Part shown: piece by piece, positions 1 through 12,719 of the stretch
Position numbering within the stretch: the stretch's first letter is position 1
Layout of the letters: every line of letters starts with the position of its first letter
DNA from: Hypanus sabinus
Lineage: Eukaryota
Assembly: GCF_030144855.1 (NCBI RefSeq)
Contig: NC_082730.1
Coordinates: 2,480,001-2,544,000, forward strand
Direction: 5' to 3'
DNA: 64,000 bases
Position numbers and translations under genes: made by a program
The notes under the pieces: generated by a model
Databases searched by the model: none
What the model saw: only the letters and a program-made list of their open reading frames with translations
What the model was told of the DNA's origin: nothing

Positions 1-769
1 AACGAAAATGAAATGGTTAATAAAGTCCCTAAGGACATCGTTTATCAGGGCTTGAAAGACGACAGGGACATAGGTGAGACCGAATGGCATGACCAGATAG
101 TCGAAATGACCGAGGGAGGTGCTAAAAGCTGTTTTCCATTCACCTACCTCCTTTATGCTGACCAGGTGATAGGCATTCTGCAAGTCCAACTTAGAGAAAA
201 ATGTAGTTCCGTGAAGAGGCTCGAATGCTGAGTTGGTCAGAGGCAGGGGAGACTTATTCTTTAAGGTAATGTTGTTCAGGCCACGGCAGTCGATGCATGG
301 GCGTAGCGAGCTGTACTTCTTCCGCACAAAGAAGAAATCTACACCTACAGGAAGATGAGAGTCAGATAATGCCAGCCGCGAGAGTCATTTAGGTCAGCCT
401 CCATTGCCTCCCTTTCTGGTCGGGACAGGTTATACAGCCGACTGGTGGGTAGAGGGGCTCTGGGAGAAGGTCAATTGCACAATTGTAAGGGTTCTGTGAA
501 GGCAGGGAAAGGGCCTGTTCCTTGTTAAACATTTCTCCCGGATCATGATACTCAACTGGAACTTTGGATAGATCAGGGGGTTCAGAGGCGGACAAGGTCG
601 CAGTGATCTCCACTGGGGAAAGTGCTGATTGCAAGATGGCAGAATGAACTCCTGCTGACTATCTTACAGATAGAACAGTCAATGTGGGGGTTATGATGGC
701 TTAACCAGGGGTAACCAAGAACTATAAGGGCTTGAGGAGGGGAAATTAAATTGAGTCGTACCTGTTCCC

Positions 770-2826
770 GAGGGGTTCCGGTGACGTCATTGTCGAGAAT
801 GGCAGCTTAAGTCACATGCTCCTCTGGAAAAACACGTATTAAGCCCTGTTATCCCATCAAATATAATATTTTTCAAAAAATATTTGAACTGAAAAGAGGG
901 GCAAGAATAGGGAGAAGAAATGGAAATAAAAAAAGCGACACTGTGGAGCCTGCATCTGAGAGGTGTGCAGCGAGCAGCTCTCCGACCCGACCATGTGCTA
1001 GCGAGGCGGCTGCTGGGCCTTGTTCAGGCAAAGCGGAGAATTTCTTCGAAATCCTGAAAGAAGTAATGGAGGTCCAGAAAGAAATAGAGCAGCAGCTCCA
1101 TGATATTAAGGCAGAGCTCGCCAGCGTTAATCAAAAAATAGCGGTGGCAGAGACTCGAATTGAGAAGGTGAAGATCGCGTTCAAAACGTGGAACGGTTAC
1201 TGAGCAAGACAATAAAGATCATACATCACCAAGAAGGTAAACTGCTTGACCTGGAGGGAAGATCATGGCGGAAAAATATCAGAATCTACAACGTTCTCAA
1301 AGGAGCAGAGGTCTCGTCTATGATGGAGTTTGTTGGAAAGTTACTGCTGGACGCGCTGGATCTTCCCTCGGTTATGGAGCTGGAAGCTGAGAGAGCCCAC
1401 CGTGCGTTCGTTCTGAAACCTACCTGGGATAGAAAGCCACACTCAATAATAATTAAATTCCTGCGATACAGCACCAAGGCACAGATTCTACAAAGGGCCT
1501 GGGGTAAGAAGAGAGTGCTTTACGATGATAAATGAATATATTTCGACCAAGATTACCCCCCCCCCCCGCGGTCCTGCAGAAATGCAAAGAGTACTCTGAA
1601 GTAAAGCGAGTACTAAAGCAAAACAAGATTAGATTTCAAATTCTGTACCTTGCTAAACTTCGAGTGTTTTATAACAACGAGACGCTGTTGTACCAGATGG
1701 TGGAAGAGGCAACTACAGACATGAAGGGCAGAGGGTTGCCCGTTAGAGTCACCAAAACAAAGGAAAGCCTGGCTGAGGAATTATCCCGCTCCGCTTGGGA
1801 AATAGTGTGAGAATCGAGAAGGCAGGAGACGGGAGGCCGAGAGAAATATATCAGGAAGAGACCGGGAGTTTCCCAAAGACAGTCCTCACCCCCTTCAAAA
1901 GAGCCATAAGGTTTGGCTAACTTTAAAAATGTTGAGTAGCTAAATGGAAGTAAAAGTACACGGTGATATACCTATCTCGAGAAATAATTATTATAATGTG
2001 GATTTTATATTACTTAGTTGTTATTCTTTATTTGCTCACTTACTCCTTNNNNNNNNNNNNNNNNNNNNNNNNNNNNNNNNNNNNNNNNNNNNNNNNNNNN
2101 NNNNNNNNNNNNNNNNNNNNNNNNNNNNNNNNNNNNNNNNNNNNNNNNNNNNNNNNNNNNNNNNNNNNNNNNNNNNGGAAATCTTTTCTGTGTAATGGAT
2201 TTGTTCACTGACTTTTACGAATACTGCATTGGGGGCCCTCAACTCACAAGTAGGAGGGTTAATCCCCCACAGCTAGACATTTCCTCTAGCTCAACGCAGG
2301 GTCATCTACTGGAGACCTCAGCCTTGGAATCACATGTCCGTTGCCATTTTTGTTGCTATTTGCGTTTCTTGGTTCTTATTTGTTCAGGGAGTAGATCGAT
2401 TAAGTTTTATTCTAACTTCAATGGCACATTGACAGATAAATACAAATAGCTAAGGACAAGGTAAAATTAATTTCTTTTAATGTCAATGGGCTATTAAATC
2501 CAATCAAATGTAAGAGAATTTTATCCAATTTGGAACAATTTGATTCATACTGGGGAAAATGGTTTAACTACATAATGCCTCATAGGTCTGATTTTATTCT
2601 CAGAAATCAATGAATCTGTTGTAAAAAAAAAATCACTCCTTACTTGTACATAGTTCTTTCCTTTTGTTTGCTTTTTCTTTCCACTCTTTTCTATGAGTGT
2701 ATACCTCAGATAAATACTTTGTGGAGATTTGTGATATATATATATACATAAAATGTCTGAAATACATCTTATGGAAATGTTTGTTTGATGATGAACTTCA
2801 ATAAAAAATAAATTACAAAAGAAAAA
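770..2826 (+). mobile_element. L1-clade LINE, internally deleted (5'UTR + broken ORF1 + fused ORF2 ends + A-rich tail)
   Basis: ORF1p motifs at 1188-1810 (DLEGRSWRKNIRI, ERAHR, IIIKFLRY). Endonuclease start KLISFNVNGLLNPIK at about 2463. AATAAA/A-rich tail at about 2800-2826. Flanked by an 18-bp TSD with 2 mismatches: TGAGTCGTACCTGTTCCC (752-769) and TGAATCGTACCTGTTCTC (2827-2844). Confidence 0.88.
2049..2176. other. Assembly gap (128 N)
   Basis: Run of N in the sequence. Confidence 1.
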
Positions 2827-4144
2827 TGAATCGTACCTGTTCTCGGAGTGAAGGAGAAGCAGGGGTTGTGTGCAGTGTGTAACTCGGGCCAGTAGTCTAC
2901 CGTCCCGTGCCTGGGATTCCCGGAGGTTACACAACGGCTCATGAGGAATTCTGGCTTGGAAAGCTAGGTTTTCATCTAGAAGGTTTCCCTCAGCTGCAGA
3001 GTCCACTAGAGCTGACAGAGGCCGTGATTTGGTTGTAAAGTAAAGTAGCTTGAAGCAGCATCTGGGTTCGGGGAAAGGAAGGGAATGTTGTCTGGCTCAC
3101 CAGGGTACCTCTTTCTACTGGTGAGTCTCCCCTTTTGGCAGAGGGGGACAGGTAACAAGGAAGTGGCCGGACTGGCAACAATAGAGACACTCACTCACTC
3201 TCACTCTCTGGAGTCATTCAGCAGGAGAAAGGTGGTTCCACCCCAACTGCATGGGTTCCTCTCCCGGGGCGGTGGAAACATCCGGGCCGAGAGGAGAGAG
3301 GCTTGTTCTGGTGGGAGGAGGTAATGGGTATCGAGGAGTGGCCACAGGTGGTGGAAGATCAGTCCTTTCTCTATGGCGTTCTTGGAGATGATTGTCCAAC
3401 CTGGTGGCTAGTGAGATCAGGGAATCCGGGCTGTCACTGTCTCCTGTCGCCAACTCGTCTTTCACTATGTCACTGAGACCATTCTGAAATACCCCTTGGA
3501 GAGCTTCATCGTTCCACCTCGAGTCGGCTGCTAATGTGCGGAACTCAACAGAATATTCACCACCACTGCGTGAGCCCTGGCAGTGAGTAAGTAGATGCTT
3601 GGCAGAGTCTTTACCACGGATAGGGTGGTCAAAGATGTTTCTCATTTCCGTGATAAAGATGGCAAAAGAAGAGCAGATATCCGGTTTGTTATCCCAGACA
3701 GCTGTGGCCCACGCTAAGGCACTTCCCTGTAACAACTCCATCATATAAACAATCTTTGACTTATCCGTGGAGTACGTGGATGACTACTGTCTGAACACCA
3801 AGGAGCACTGCAGAAAGAAGGCCCGGCACCTCCCCAAAGCCCCAGCGTAGTGCTCTGGTTCAGGTACATAAGGCTCTCTTGGCGGGGATGTTGCTGACAC
3901 GTAGGGGATTGCCGCTACAGTCTGTCTGGGCTGGTTAGACAGGGTTCCGGGAGTGGGTTGGGTAAAATGTGTGGAAACACGGTCAACCTAGTCAACGATC
4001 TGTGTGACATGAGCAGACAGGGAACAACGGTACTCCATGACCTCCTGGAGGAGTTGGTCATGCTGTCCCAGTGAGGAACCCTGTCTGGTGAGGGCTTGTT
4101 GAAGGGTATTTGTGTCCGCTGGGTCCATAGTGGCCAGATCGTTC

Positions 4145-4683
4145 TGTTTCAATGAACGAGGCGAGCCCAAATGCAGGACACAGGCATGGAGATTTAGTTA
4201 GGATGCAGATGCGGGCGTGAGCATTGAACAGCAAACAGGAGGGAGTGCAGGAAAGCAGGAGGTAGGCAGAACTTATCTTGACACGGAGCATAGAAAGGAA
4301 GCGGCAGACAAAACTTTTCTTAGCACGGACAGACAGAGTTTCACAGGTATACCTTGGAAATGGAGTAAACTTGGAATCTTTATCTTGACAAGGAGAGACA
4401 GAGTTTCACAGGTAAATCTTGGAACTGGAGTAGAACTTAGAAAACTTATCTTGACATGGAGAGACTGAGATTCACAGGTAATTCTTGGTACTGAAGCAAA
4501 ACTTAGAGCACACAGTCCTAAGCAGCCAGGAAACGTTAATTACCACACTGGCAAAACTAACAATCTGGCAACTGGTGGTTGCAAAGCCAGGGTCCTTATG
4601 CTGCAGGTCTAGATGAAGACCTGGTATGTCACCATCAAAGGAAATTAGGAGAAAATGGGGAAATAACGGTCAGGACCATGACA
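4145..4683 (-). mobile_element. 5' LTR of the gypsy element
   Basis: On the minus strand it starts TGTCATGG and ends …GAAACA, followed directly by GAACGATCTGGCCAC and the gag ATG. It shares AAATGCAGGACACAGGCA with the solo LTR at 45329. Confidence 0.75.
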
Positions 4684-5800
4684 GAAGGAGGTAGCTGAAG
4701 AGATTGTGGAAGTATTAGTATTGATCTTTAAAGAGTCAGTACATTCTGGAATGATTCCTAAGGACTGTAAAATTGCAAATGTCTCCTCTATTTAAGAAGG
4801 GAGCAAGGCAGAAGAAAGGGAATTATATGCCTGTTACCCTGACTTCAGGGGTTGGAAAGATGTTTGAGTCTATTATTAAGGATGAGGTTTTGGGTTATTT
4901 TGAGGCACATGACCATATAGGCCAAAGTCAGCATGCCTTCCTTCAAGGGAAAACTTGCCTGACAAATCTGTTGGAATTCTCTGAGGAAATAACAGAAGAG
5001 ACTTTGTATTGCAGAAGAGATACTAGGAGAGATAGAAGATTTGTTAACTGACAGGAAGCAATGAACAGCAATAAAAAGTGCCTTTTCTGGTTGACTATCA
5101 GTAATTAGTGGTGTGCCACTGGGGTTTGTGTGGGACAGTTTCTTTTTTACGTCATATGTAAATAATTTCGATGAAAGTATGGATGGTTTTGTCATTAAGT
5201 TAGCAGATAACGTAAGAGGTGGATTGGCAGGGAGTGTTGAGGAAGTAGGATGTCGGTAGAAGGATTTGGACAGATTGGGGAATAGGTAATGAAGTGGAAG
5301 ATGCAATATGGTGTAGGGAGGTCCATGGTCATGTATTTTGGCAGAAAGAATAAAGATGTGGACTATTTTGTAAATGGGGAGAAAATTCAAAAATCAGAGG
5401 TGCAAAGTTTCTTGGGACTCTTTGTTTCAGATTCTCTAAAGGTTAACTTGTAGGTTGAAGCAGTGGTGCGGAAGGCAACTGCGATGTTAGCAGTGATTTC
5501 ACGAGGACTAGAATACAAAAAACATGGATGTAATGCTGAAGTTTTATAAGGCATTGGTCAGACTGCCATGGAGAATTGTGAGCAGTTTTGGAACCCTCTG
5601 CTGAGAAAGAACGTGCTGGCATTGGAAAGCGTCCATAAGAAGTTCACGAGGATGATCTGAGGAATGAAGGGGATAATATATGAGGAGTGTGGGCTTGTAC
5701 TCGCTGGAGCTTAGAAGAATAAAGTGGGATCTCATTGGATCACATTGAATATAGAAAGCTGTGCATAGAGTGGACGTGGAGAAGATGTTTCCTATCATGG
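4684..5800 (+). mobile_element. Degenerate CR1 LINE RT fragment
   Basis: PLFKKGARQKKGNYMPVTLTS…SQHAFLQGKTCLTNLLEF; many stops downstream. Confidence 0.85.
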
Positions 5801-5949
5801 TTGTGAATATAGAACATGACAATCTCTCATTTCCCTCCAATACGGAATACAGCCTTCAGGTCCTCAATTTTGTTCTCCAGCAACTGGACATTTGCTAACA
5901 AGATGCTGCATCGAGGTAGTCTTGTTCCCAAGCAAGAGAAAATCTGCAG

Positions 5950-7050
5950 ATACTGGAAGTCCAAGTAACAGGAAGCAAAGAGTGGGAGTAAATGGGACCT
6001 TTTCAGAATGGCAGGCAGTGACTAGTGGGGTACTGCAAGGCTCAGTGCTGGGACCCCAGTTGTTTACAATATATATTAATGATTTAGATGAGGGAATTAA
6101 ATGCAGCATCTCCAAGTTTGCGGATGACACGAAGCTGGGCGGTGGTGTTAGCTGTGAGGAGGATGCTAAGAGGATGCAGGGTGACTTAAATAGGTTAGAT
6201 GAGTGGGCAAATTCATGACAGATGCAATTTAATGTGGATAAATGTGAGGTTATCCACTTTGGTTTCAAGAACAGGAAAACAGATTATTATCTGAATGATG
6301 GCCGATTAGGAAAAGGGGAGGTGCAACGAGACCTGGGTGTCATTGTACACCAGTCATTGAAGGTGGGCATGCAGGTACAGCAGGCGGTGAAAAAAGCAAA
6401 TGGTATGTTGGCATTCATAGCAAAGGAATTTGAATACAGGAGCAGGGAGGTTCTATTGCAGTTGTACAAGGCCTTGGTGAGACCGCACCTAGAATATTGT
6501 GTGCAGTTTTGGTCCCCTAATCTGAGGAAAAACATACTTGCCATAGAGGGAGTACAAAGAAGGTTCACCAGATTGATTCCTGGGATGGCAGGACTTTCAT
6601 ATGAAGAAAGATTGGATCAACTAGGCTTATACTCACTAGAATTTAGAAGATTGAGGAGAGATCTTATTGAAACGTATAAAATTCTAAAGGGATTGGACAG
6701 GCTAGATGCAGGAAGATTGTTTCCGATGTTGGGGAAGTCCAGAATGAGGGGTCACAGTTCAAGGATAAAGGGGAAGCCTTTTAGGACCGAGATGAGGAAA
6801 AACTTCATCACACAGAGAGTGGTGAATCTGTGAAGTTCTCTGCCACAGGAAACAGTTGAGGCCGGTTCATTGGCTATATTTAAGAGGAAGTTAGATATTT
6901 CCCTTGTGGCTAAAGGGATCAGGGTTATGGAGAGAAAGTAGGTACAGTGTTCTGTGGTGGATGATCAGCCATGATCATACTGAATGGCGGTGGAGGTTCA
7001 AAGGGCCGAATGGCCTACTCCAGCACCTATTTTCTATGTTTCTATGTTTC
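5950..7050 (+). mobile_element. CR1 LINE 3' fragment
   Basis: [16 protein letters not shown]…[24 protein letters not shown], and a (TTCTATGT)n tail at about 7030-7050. Confidence 0.93.
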
Positions 7051-7137
7051 TAACACACACAAAATGCTGGAGGAACTCAGCAGGACAGGAAGCATCTATG
7101 GAAAAGAGTCATCGACATTTTGGGCTGAGACCCTTCA
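7051..7137 (-). mobile_element. Penelope-like element terminal fragment with truncated hammerhead-like motif
   Basis: AACACACACAAAATGCTGGAGGAACTCAGCAGG…; the reverse complement of 7112-7137 is TGAAGGGTCTCAGCCCAAAATGTCGA, matching the terminus of the PLE at 59581. Confidence 0.7.
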
Positions 7138-7139
7138 CA

Positions 7140-10100
7140 CTGTGGAGTGCAACACTGCGCTGGTGGACCTTGAGTATAAGGAAACCTGCAGAAAGACTTC
7201 AGTTATGGAACCAAGGGGGGTATAATGATCTTGGATGGAAAGACAATTATGAGGCATGGTAAAAGAACTGCCTGGCCCAGAGATAGTTTGGAAAAAGCTA
7301 TTCAGAAGCATATGTGAACTTTTGCAGAAGAGGGCTATTGTGTGAAATGCAAGCTATTACCTGCACTCCTGAGGGACAACATTCTGAAGTGGGAAGGTGA
7401 TCAGCCAGATGTTGTGGTACACATTGGTACCAATGACAGGTAGAAAGAGTCAGGAGGTCCTGAAGAGTGAGTACAAAGAGCTTGGTAGGAAGTTGAAAGA
7501 CAGGACCTCGAGAGTAGTAATCTCTGGATTGCTGCCTGTGCTACATGCCAGTGAGGGTAAGAGTAGGATGTTCTGGTAGATGAACACCTGGCTGAGGATC
7601 TGGTGTAGGGGGCAGGGTTTCAGATTTCTAGATCATTGGAACCTCTTCTGGGGCAGGTGGGACCTGTACAAGAGAGATAGGTTACACCTGAACTACAAGG
7701 GAACCAATATACTTGCAGGAAGTTTGCTAGTGTTATTGAGGAGAGTTTAAATTAGATTTGCAGGGGGATGGGAACCAGAGTGCCAGAGTAGATAGTGGAA
7801 TGGGGGTAAAAATAAATGATGTTAGTAGTTCATGCAAAGTCATAAATTGTAAGGTTGTGTGTGGTGGTAACAATCTTCTGAGGTGTGTATATTTCAATGC
7901 AAGGAGTATTGTGGGAAAGGCAGAAGAGCTGGGGGCCTGGATTGACACATGTAATTATGACATCATAGCCATTACTGAAACTTGGCTGCAGGAGGGGCCG
8001 GACTCGCAGCTCAATGTTCCAGGGTTTCGATGTTTCAGACGTGATAAAGGCAGAGGGATGATGGGTGTGTGGGGGGGGGGGGGGGGGGGCGTGGCTTTAC
8101 TAGTCAGGGAAAATATTACAGCAGTGCTTCGGCAGGAAAGCTTGTCTACTGAGGCCATATGGGTGGAGCTGAGAAACAGGAAAGGTATGACCACATTAAT
8201 AGGGTTGTATTATAGACCACCCAATAGTCAGTGAGAATTGGAGGAGCAAATCTGCAGAGAGATAACAGACAACTGCAGGAGACAGAAAGTTGTAATTGTA
8301 GGGGATTTTAATTTTCCACACATTGATTGGGACTCCCATACTGTTAAAGGTCTAGATGAGTTAGAGTTTGTGAAATGTGTTCAGAAAAGTTTCCTAAATC
8401 AATATATAGATGTCCCAACTAGGGAAGATGCAATATTAGATCTCCTATTAAGAAATGAGTTAGGGCAGGTGATGGAAGTGTGTGTAGGGGAACACTTTGG
8501 TTCCAGTGATCATAGTGTCATTAGTTTCAACTTAATCATGGATAAAGATAGACCTGGTCCTCAGGTTGAAGTTCTAAACTGGAAAAAGGCCAAATTTGAA
8601 GAAATGAGAAAGGATCTAAAAAGCATAGATTGGGACAGGTTGTTCTCTGGCAAGGATGTGATTGGTAAGTGGGAGGCCTTCAAAGGAGAAATTTTGAGAG
8701 TGCAGAGTTTGTACGTTCCTGTCAGGGTTAAAGGCAAAGCAAATGAGAATAAGGAACCTTGGTTCTCAAGGGATATTGGAACTCTGATAAAGAAGAAGAG
8801 AGAGATGTACAACATGTATGGGCAACAGGGAGGAAATAAGATGCTTGAGGAGTATAAAAAGAGTAGGAAAATTCTTAAGAAAGAAATCAGGAGGGCAAAA
8901 AGAAGACATGAGGTTGATTTGGCAGTCAGGGTGAAGGATAATCCTAAGAGCTTCCACAGGAATGTTAAGAGCAAAAGGATAGTAAGGGATAAAATTGGTC
9001 CTCTTGAAGATCAGACTGGTCGGCTATGTATGGAACCAAAAGAAATGGGAGAGATATTAAATGGGTTTTTTGCATCTGTATTTACTAAGAAAACTGGAAT
9101 GGAGTCTATGGAAACAAGGCAAATAAGTAGGAAGGTCATGAAACATACAGATTAAAGAGGAGGAGGTGCTTGATGTCTTGAGGCAAATCAGAGTAGATAA
9201 ATCCCCAAGACTGGACAGGGTATTCCTTGAGGGAGACTAGTGTTAAAATTGCAGGGGCCCTGGAAGAAATATTTAAAATGTCAATATCCACGGGTCAGGT
9301 GCCAGAGGATTGGAGGATAGCTCATGTAGTTCTGTTGTTTAAAAAAGGCTCAAAAAGTAAGCTGGGAAATTATAGGCCGGTAAGTTTGACATTGGTAGTA
9401 GGTAAGTTATTGGAAGGAATACTAAGAGATAGGATCTACAAGTATTTGGATAGAGGGGGACTTATTAGAAACAGTCAGCATGGCTTTGTGAGTGGTAGGC
9501 CATGTTTATCCAATCTATTAGGGTTTTTTGAGGAAGTTACCAGGAAAGTGGATGAAGGGAAGGGATTTTGCATACATGGACTTCAGTAAGGCCTTTGACA
9601 AGGTCCTGCATGGGAGGTTAGGAAGATTCAGTCGCTAGGTATACATGGAGAGGTAGTAAATTGGATTAGACATGGCTTTAAGTTAAGGGGAGGGAAGTTC
9701 AAGGGGGATATTAGAGGAAGGTTTTTCACTCAGAGAGTGGTTGGTGTGTGGAATGCACTGCCTGAAGGCCGAAGGGCTTGTAATGTGCTGTACTATTCTA
9801 TGTTCTATGTTTAAGACTTTGGCTCAATGGAAGCCAGAGAGTGGTAGTGGAGGATTGCTACTCTGAGTAGAGGCCTGTGACTAGTGGTGTGCCACAGGGA
9901 TCAGTGCTGGTTCCATTGTTATTTGTCATCTATGTCAATGATCTGTATGATAATGTGGTAAATTGGATCAGCAAATTTGCTGATGATACAAAGATTGGAG
10001 GTGTAGTGGACAGTGAGGAAGGTTTTCAAAGCCTGCAGAGGGATTTGGACCAGCTGGAGGAATGGGCAGAAAAACGGCAGATGGAGTTTAATGTGGACAA

Positions 10101-10890
10101 GTGTGAGGTATTGCACTTCGGAAGGTCAAACCAAGGTAGAACATACAAGGAAAATGGTAGGACACTGAGGAATGCAGTAGAACAGAGGGATCTGGGAGTA
10201 CAGGTACATAATTCCCTAAAAGTGGCTTCAGAAGTAGATAGGGTTGTAAAGAGAGCTTTTGGTACATTGGCCTTTATAAATCAAAGTATTGAGTATAAGA
10301 GTTGGAATGTAATGGTGATGTTGTATAAGACATTGGTGAGACCAAATTTGGAGTATTGTGTGCAGTTTTGGTCACCTAATTACAGGAAGGATATTAATAA
10401 GGTTGAAAGAGTGCAGAGGTTTACAAGGATGTTGCCGGGATCTGAGAAATTGAGTTACAGAGAAAGGTTGAATAGGTTAGGACTTTATTCCCTGGAGCGT
10501 AGGAGAATGAGGGGTGAGTTGATAGAGGTGTATGAAATTATGATGGATATCGATAGAGTGAATGCAAGCAGGCTTTTTCCACTGAGGCCAGGGGAAAAAG
10601 AAACCAGAGGTCATGGGTTAAGGGTGAAGGGGGAAAAGTTTAAAGGGAATATTAGGGGGGGCTTCTTCACGCAGAGAGTGGTGGGAGTGTGGAATGAGCT
10701 GCCAGATGAAGTGGTGAATGTGGGCTCACTTTTGACAGTTAAGAAAAACTTGGACAGGTATATGGATGAGATGGGTTTGGAGGGATATGGGCCAGGTGCA
10801 GGTCAGTGGGACTAGGCAAAAAAAATAGTACGGCACAGCCAAGAAGGGCCAAAAGGTCTGTTTCTGTACTGTAATGTTCTATGGTTCTAT
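7140..10890 (+). mobile_element. Near-full-length degenerate CR1 LINE (ORF1 esterase remnant, endonuclease, RT)
   Basis: SGNH-esterase-like segment at about 7350-7750 (VVVHIGTND). Endonuclease at 7880-8560 (YFNARSIVGK, ITETWLQ, GDFNFP, SDH). RT and C-terminal ORFs at 9227-10815. TTCTATGG tail at about 10875-10890. Confidence 0.93.
9679..9813 (+). mobile_element. Short 3'-end piece of a second CR1 family inserted into the CR1 above
   Basis: Sequence matches 52310-52390 plus 52515-52559, with its own TTCTATGT tail, and interrupts the host RT. Confidence 0.75.
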
Positions 10891-11129
10891 GGTGTGTGTA
10901 TCAGAGAGCCATTGTGGACTGTACTATTTCAGTAATATTCAGTCACTTTTGTACAAGTGACAGTTTTTCACTGCCCATTTATTGAGGAGCTTGAAACATT
11001 TTTACCAGAGTGCCTTGAAGGCCTCTGGAGATTTGTCCAGATTCTGTTTAGATACACCGTTTGGTAAGTTCGACTGTTATCTTCACTGTCAAGTTTATTA
11101 TGACTTAGCTGGTAATCTTTCCCCAAGAA

Positions 11130-11630
11130 TGAGAAGGGGTTTTATGGATTATATAATTCAAACATGATATGCCCCTGGTTTATTGCAGACAGTAAATCAA
11201 GTTTTTCAACAATTTTGAAATGTGTTTTACAAAATCTAGAAAAAACTAGTGAAGGTGGGAGGATCTCATACACCACCGTCTGATGGATTGTTGGTGCATT
11301 TACAGATGGATACTGCAGAATTACCTTCATGAGAAGGATATAACTATGTAATGGTCATCATTGGTGGTTTTTCATGGTGCGTTGAAGCATTTCCTTGTAG
11401 AAAGAATGATGCAGTCACAGAAGCTAACTATTTATTGAAGTGAATCATCCTGAGGTTCGGGATACCTTGGGAACTGTCTTGCGACAATAGTACCCACGTT
11501 ACTGGGAAGGTAATGGAAGAAGTATGTAAGGCCTTACAGATTGACCAACGTTTCCATTGTCGATCTCATCCTCAGTTGGGAAGCTTAGTAGAAAGGGTCA
11601 ATGGAACAGATAAAATATGCTGAGTAAAAT
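11130..11630 (+). mobile_element. Endogenous-retrovirus-type integrase remnant (pseudogenised)
   Basis: Frame from 11282 reads DGLLVHLQMDTAELPS*EGYNYVMVIIGGFSWCVEAFPCRKNDAVTEANYLLK*IILRFGIPWELSCDNSTHVTGKVMEEVCKALQIDQRFHCRSHPQLGSLVERVNGT. This has the rve DDE spacing and the class-I ERV signatures HLQMD, VEAFP, RFGIP, SxDN and ERxNGT. Confidence 0.85.
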
Positions 11631-12719
11631 GTGTGTGCAATTGACAGTTAACGAGGCGACTGAAGTTTTTTTTATCGAAAAGTACGCCAAACATGTGTAA
11701 AACTATAAAACCAGCTTGCGAGAGACAGCGAAAACTTTGAACAGCAAATCTCTGTATTAATCTAATGAGTGAAAGAATACTGTGGTTGAGTGGATATGCA
11801 TTATATGAAGTTTCAAAGCAAAAAACAAGACGTTAAAGCGCAGCCGGCTACTGACGCTTCAAGGGATGATGGTAGTGACACTGTAGCTGGCGCTCCTAGT
11901 CTGGGAAGCCCCATCCAAGGAATCACAGCTCACGCCACATAGCCTCCATCATCTGAGCTCAGCAGAATTAGAGAACCCCTGAAAACAGTGCTGCAACTGT
12001 AAGGTCAAAGGGAGTAGCAAAATTACATGTACGGAACTGACTACTCTGAGTCATCTCCCTCCGCTGAAAGGGGTATGTGGTTACTGGGGTTTACCCTAGC
12101 TACTGGGTGTGTTCCGGAGTATGACTGCAAGTGGAATGACCCGAGGTCCTGGAAAGCCTGTTGTTATCTTGCCTACAATGTGCCCCACATGCGACACGTC
12201 ATCACTACCCCACCTCTGTGTGGTCCGCAGGCTCTGGGATTTCCCTCCTTACAGATAGCTACAAAACAAAGAACCCCAAAACAACTCATTAAAAAAACAT
12301 GGAACACCCAATGTGCTGAGAAAAAAAACTGTTCACACAATTTAAGTGAGCAAATAGCATTCAGATCTGAAGAGCAGACCACAGCTTCAGTTCAACAAGT
12401 TACAGGGACAGTTACAGGGATTATACAGATACTGAATAATCTGGACTGTTTTCCCTTGAATGAAGGAGGCTAAGTGATGACTGATAGAAGTAAAAAAAAT
12501 TGCAGGAATTCAGTGAGTTAGGTATAATTTGAAGGCAAAGATACTCTCAATTCTGATTTAGGAATGTGAACTGAACCTCTCTTTGCCTTCTGATACCAAG
12601 TGCCTCAGCAATTTTGATGAATACTTTAGATCCCAGGCTCTGCAGTCTCTTCTGTCACCTGAATGAAGCATATTTGATGATGAGAGGCATAGCTAGCTGT
12701 TGCCCATAGTCTGCTCTAT

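Larger units (their letters stand above)
1..4683 (-). mobile_element. Degenerate Ty3/gypsy LTR retrotransposon (5' LTR, gag, part of pol/RT), interrupted by an L1 and running off the window start
   Basis: Minus-strand 1-420 reads as gypsy RT (…[39 protein letters not shown]…WKTAF…MPFGL). The gag runs from ATG at 4128 (MDPADTNTLQQAL…) through YMMELLQGSALAWATA…DEALQGVF…PMQLG and a GHF..CP knuckle remnant. The LTR lies at 4145-4683. Confidence 0.9.
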
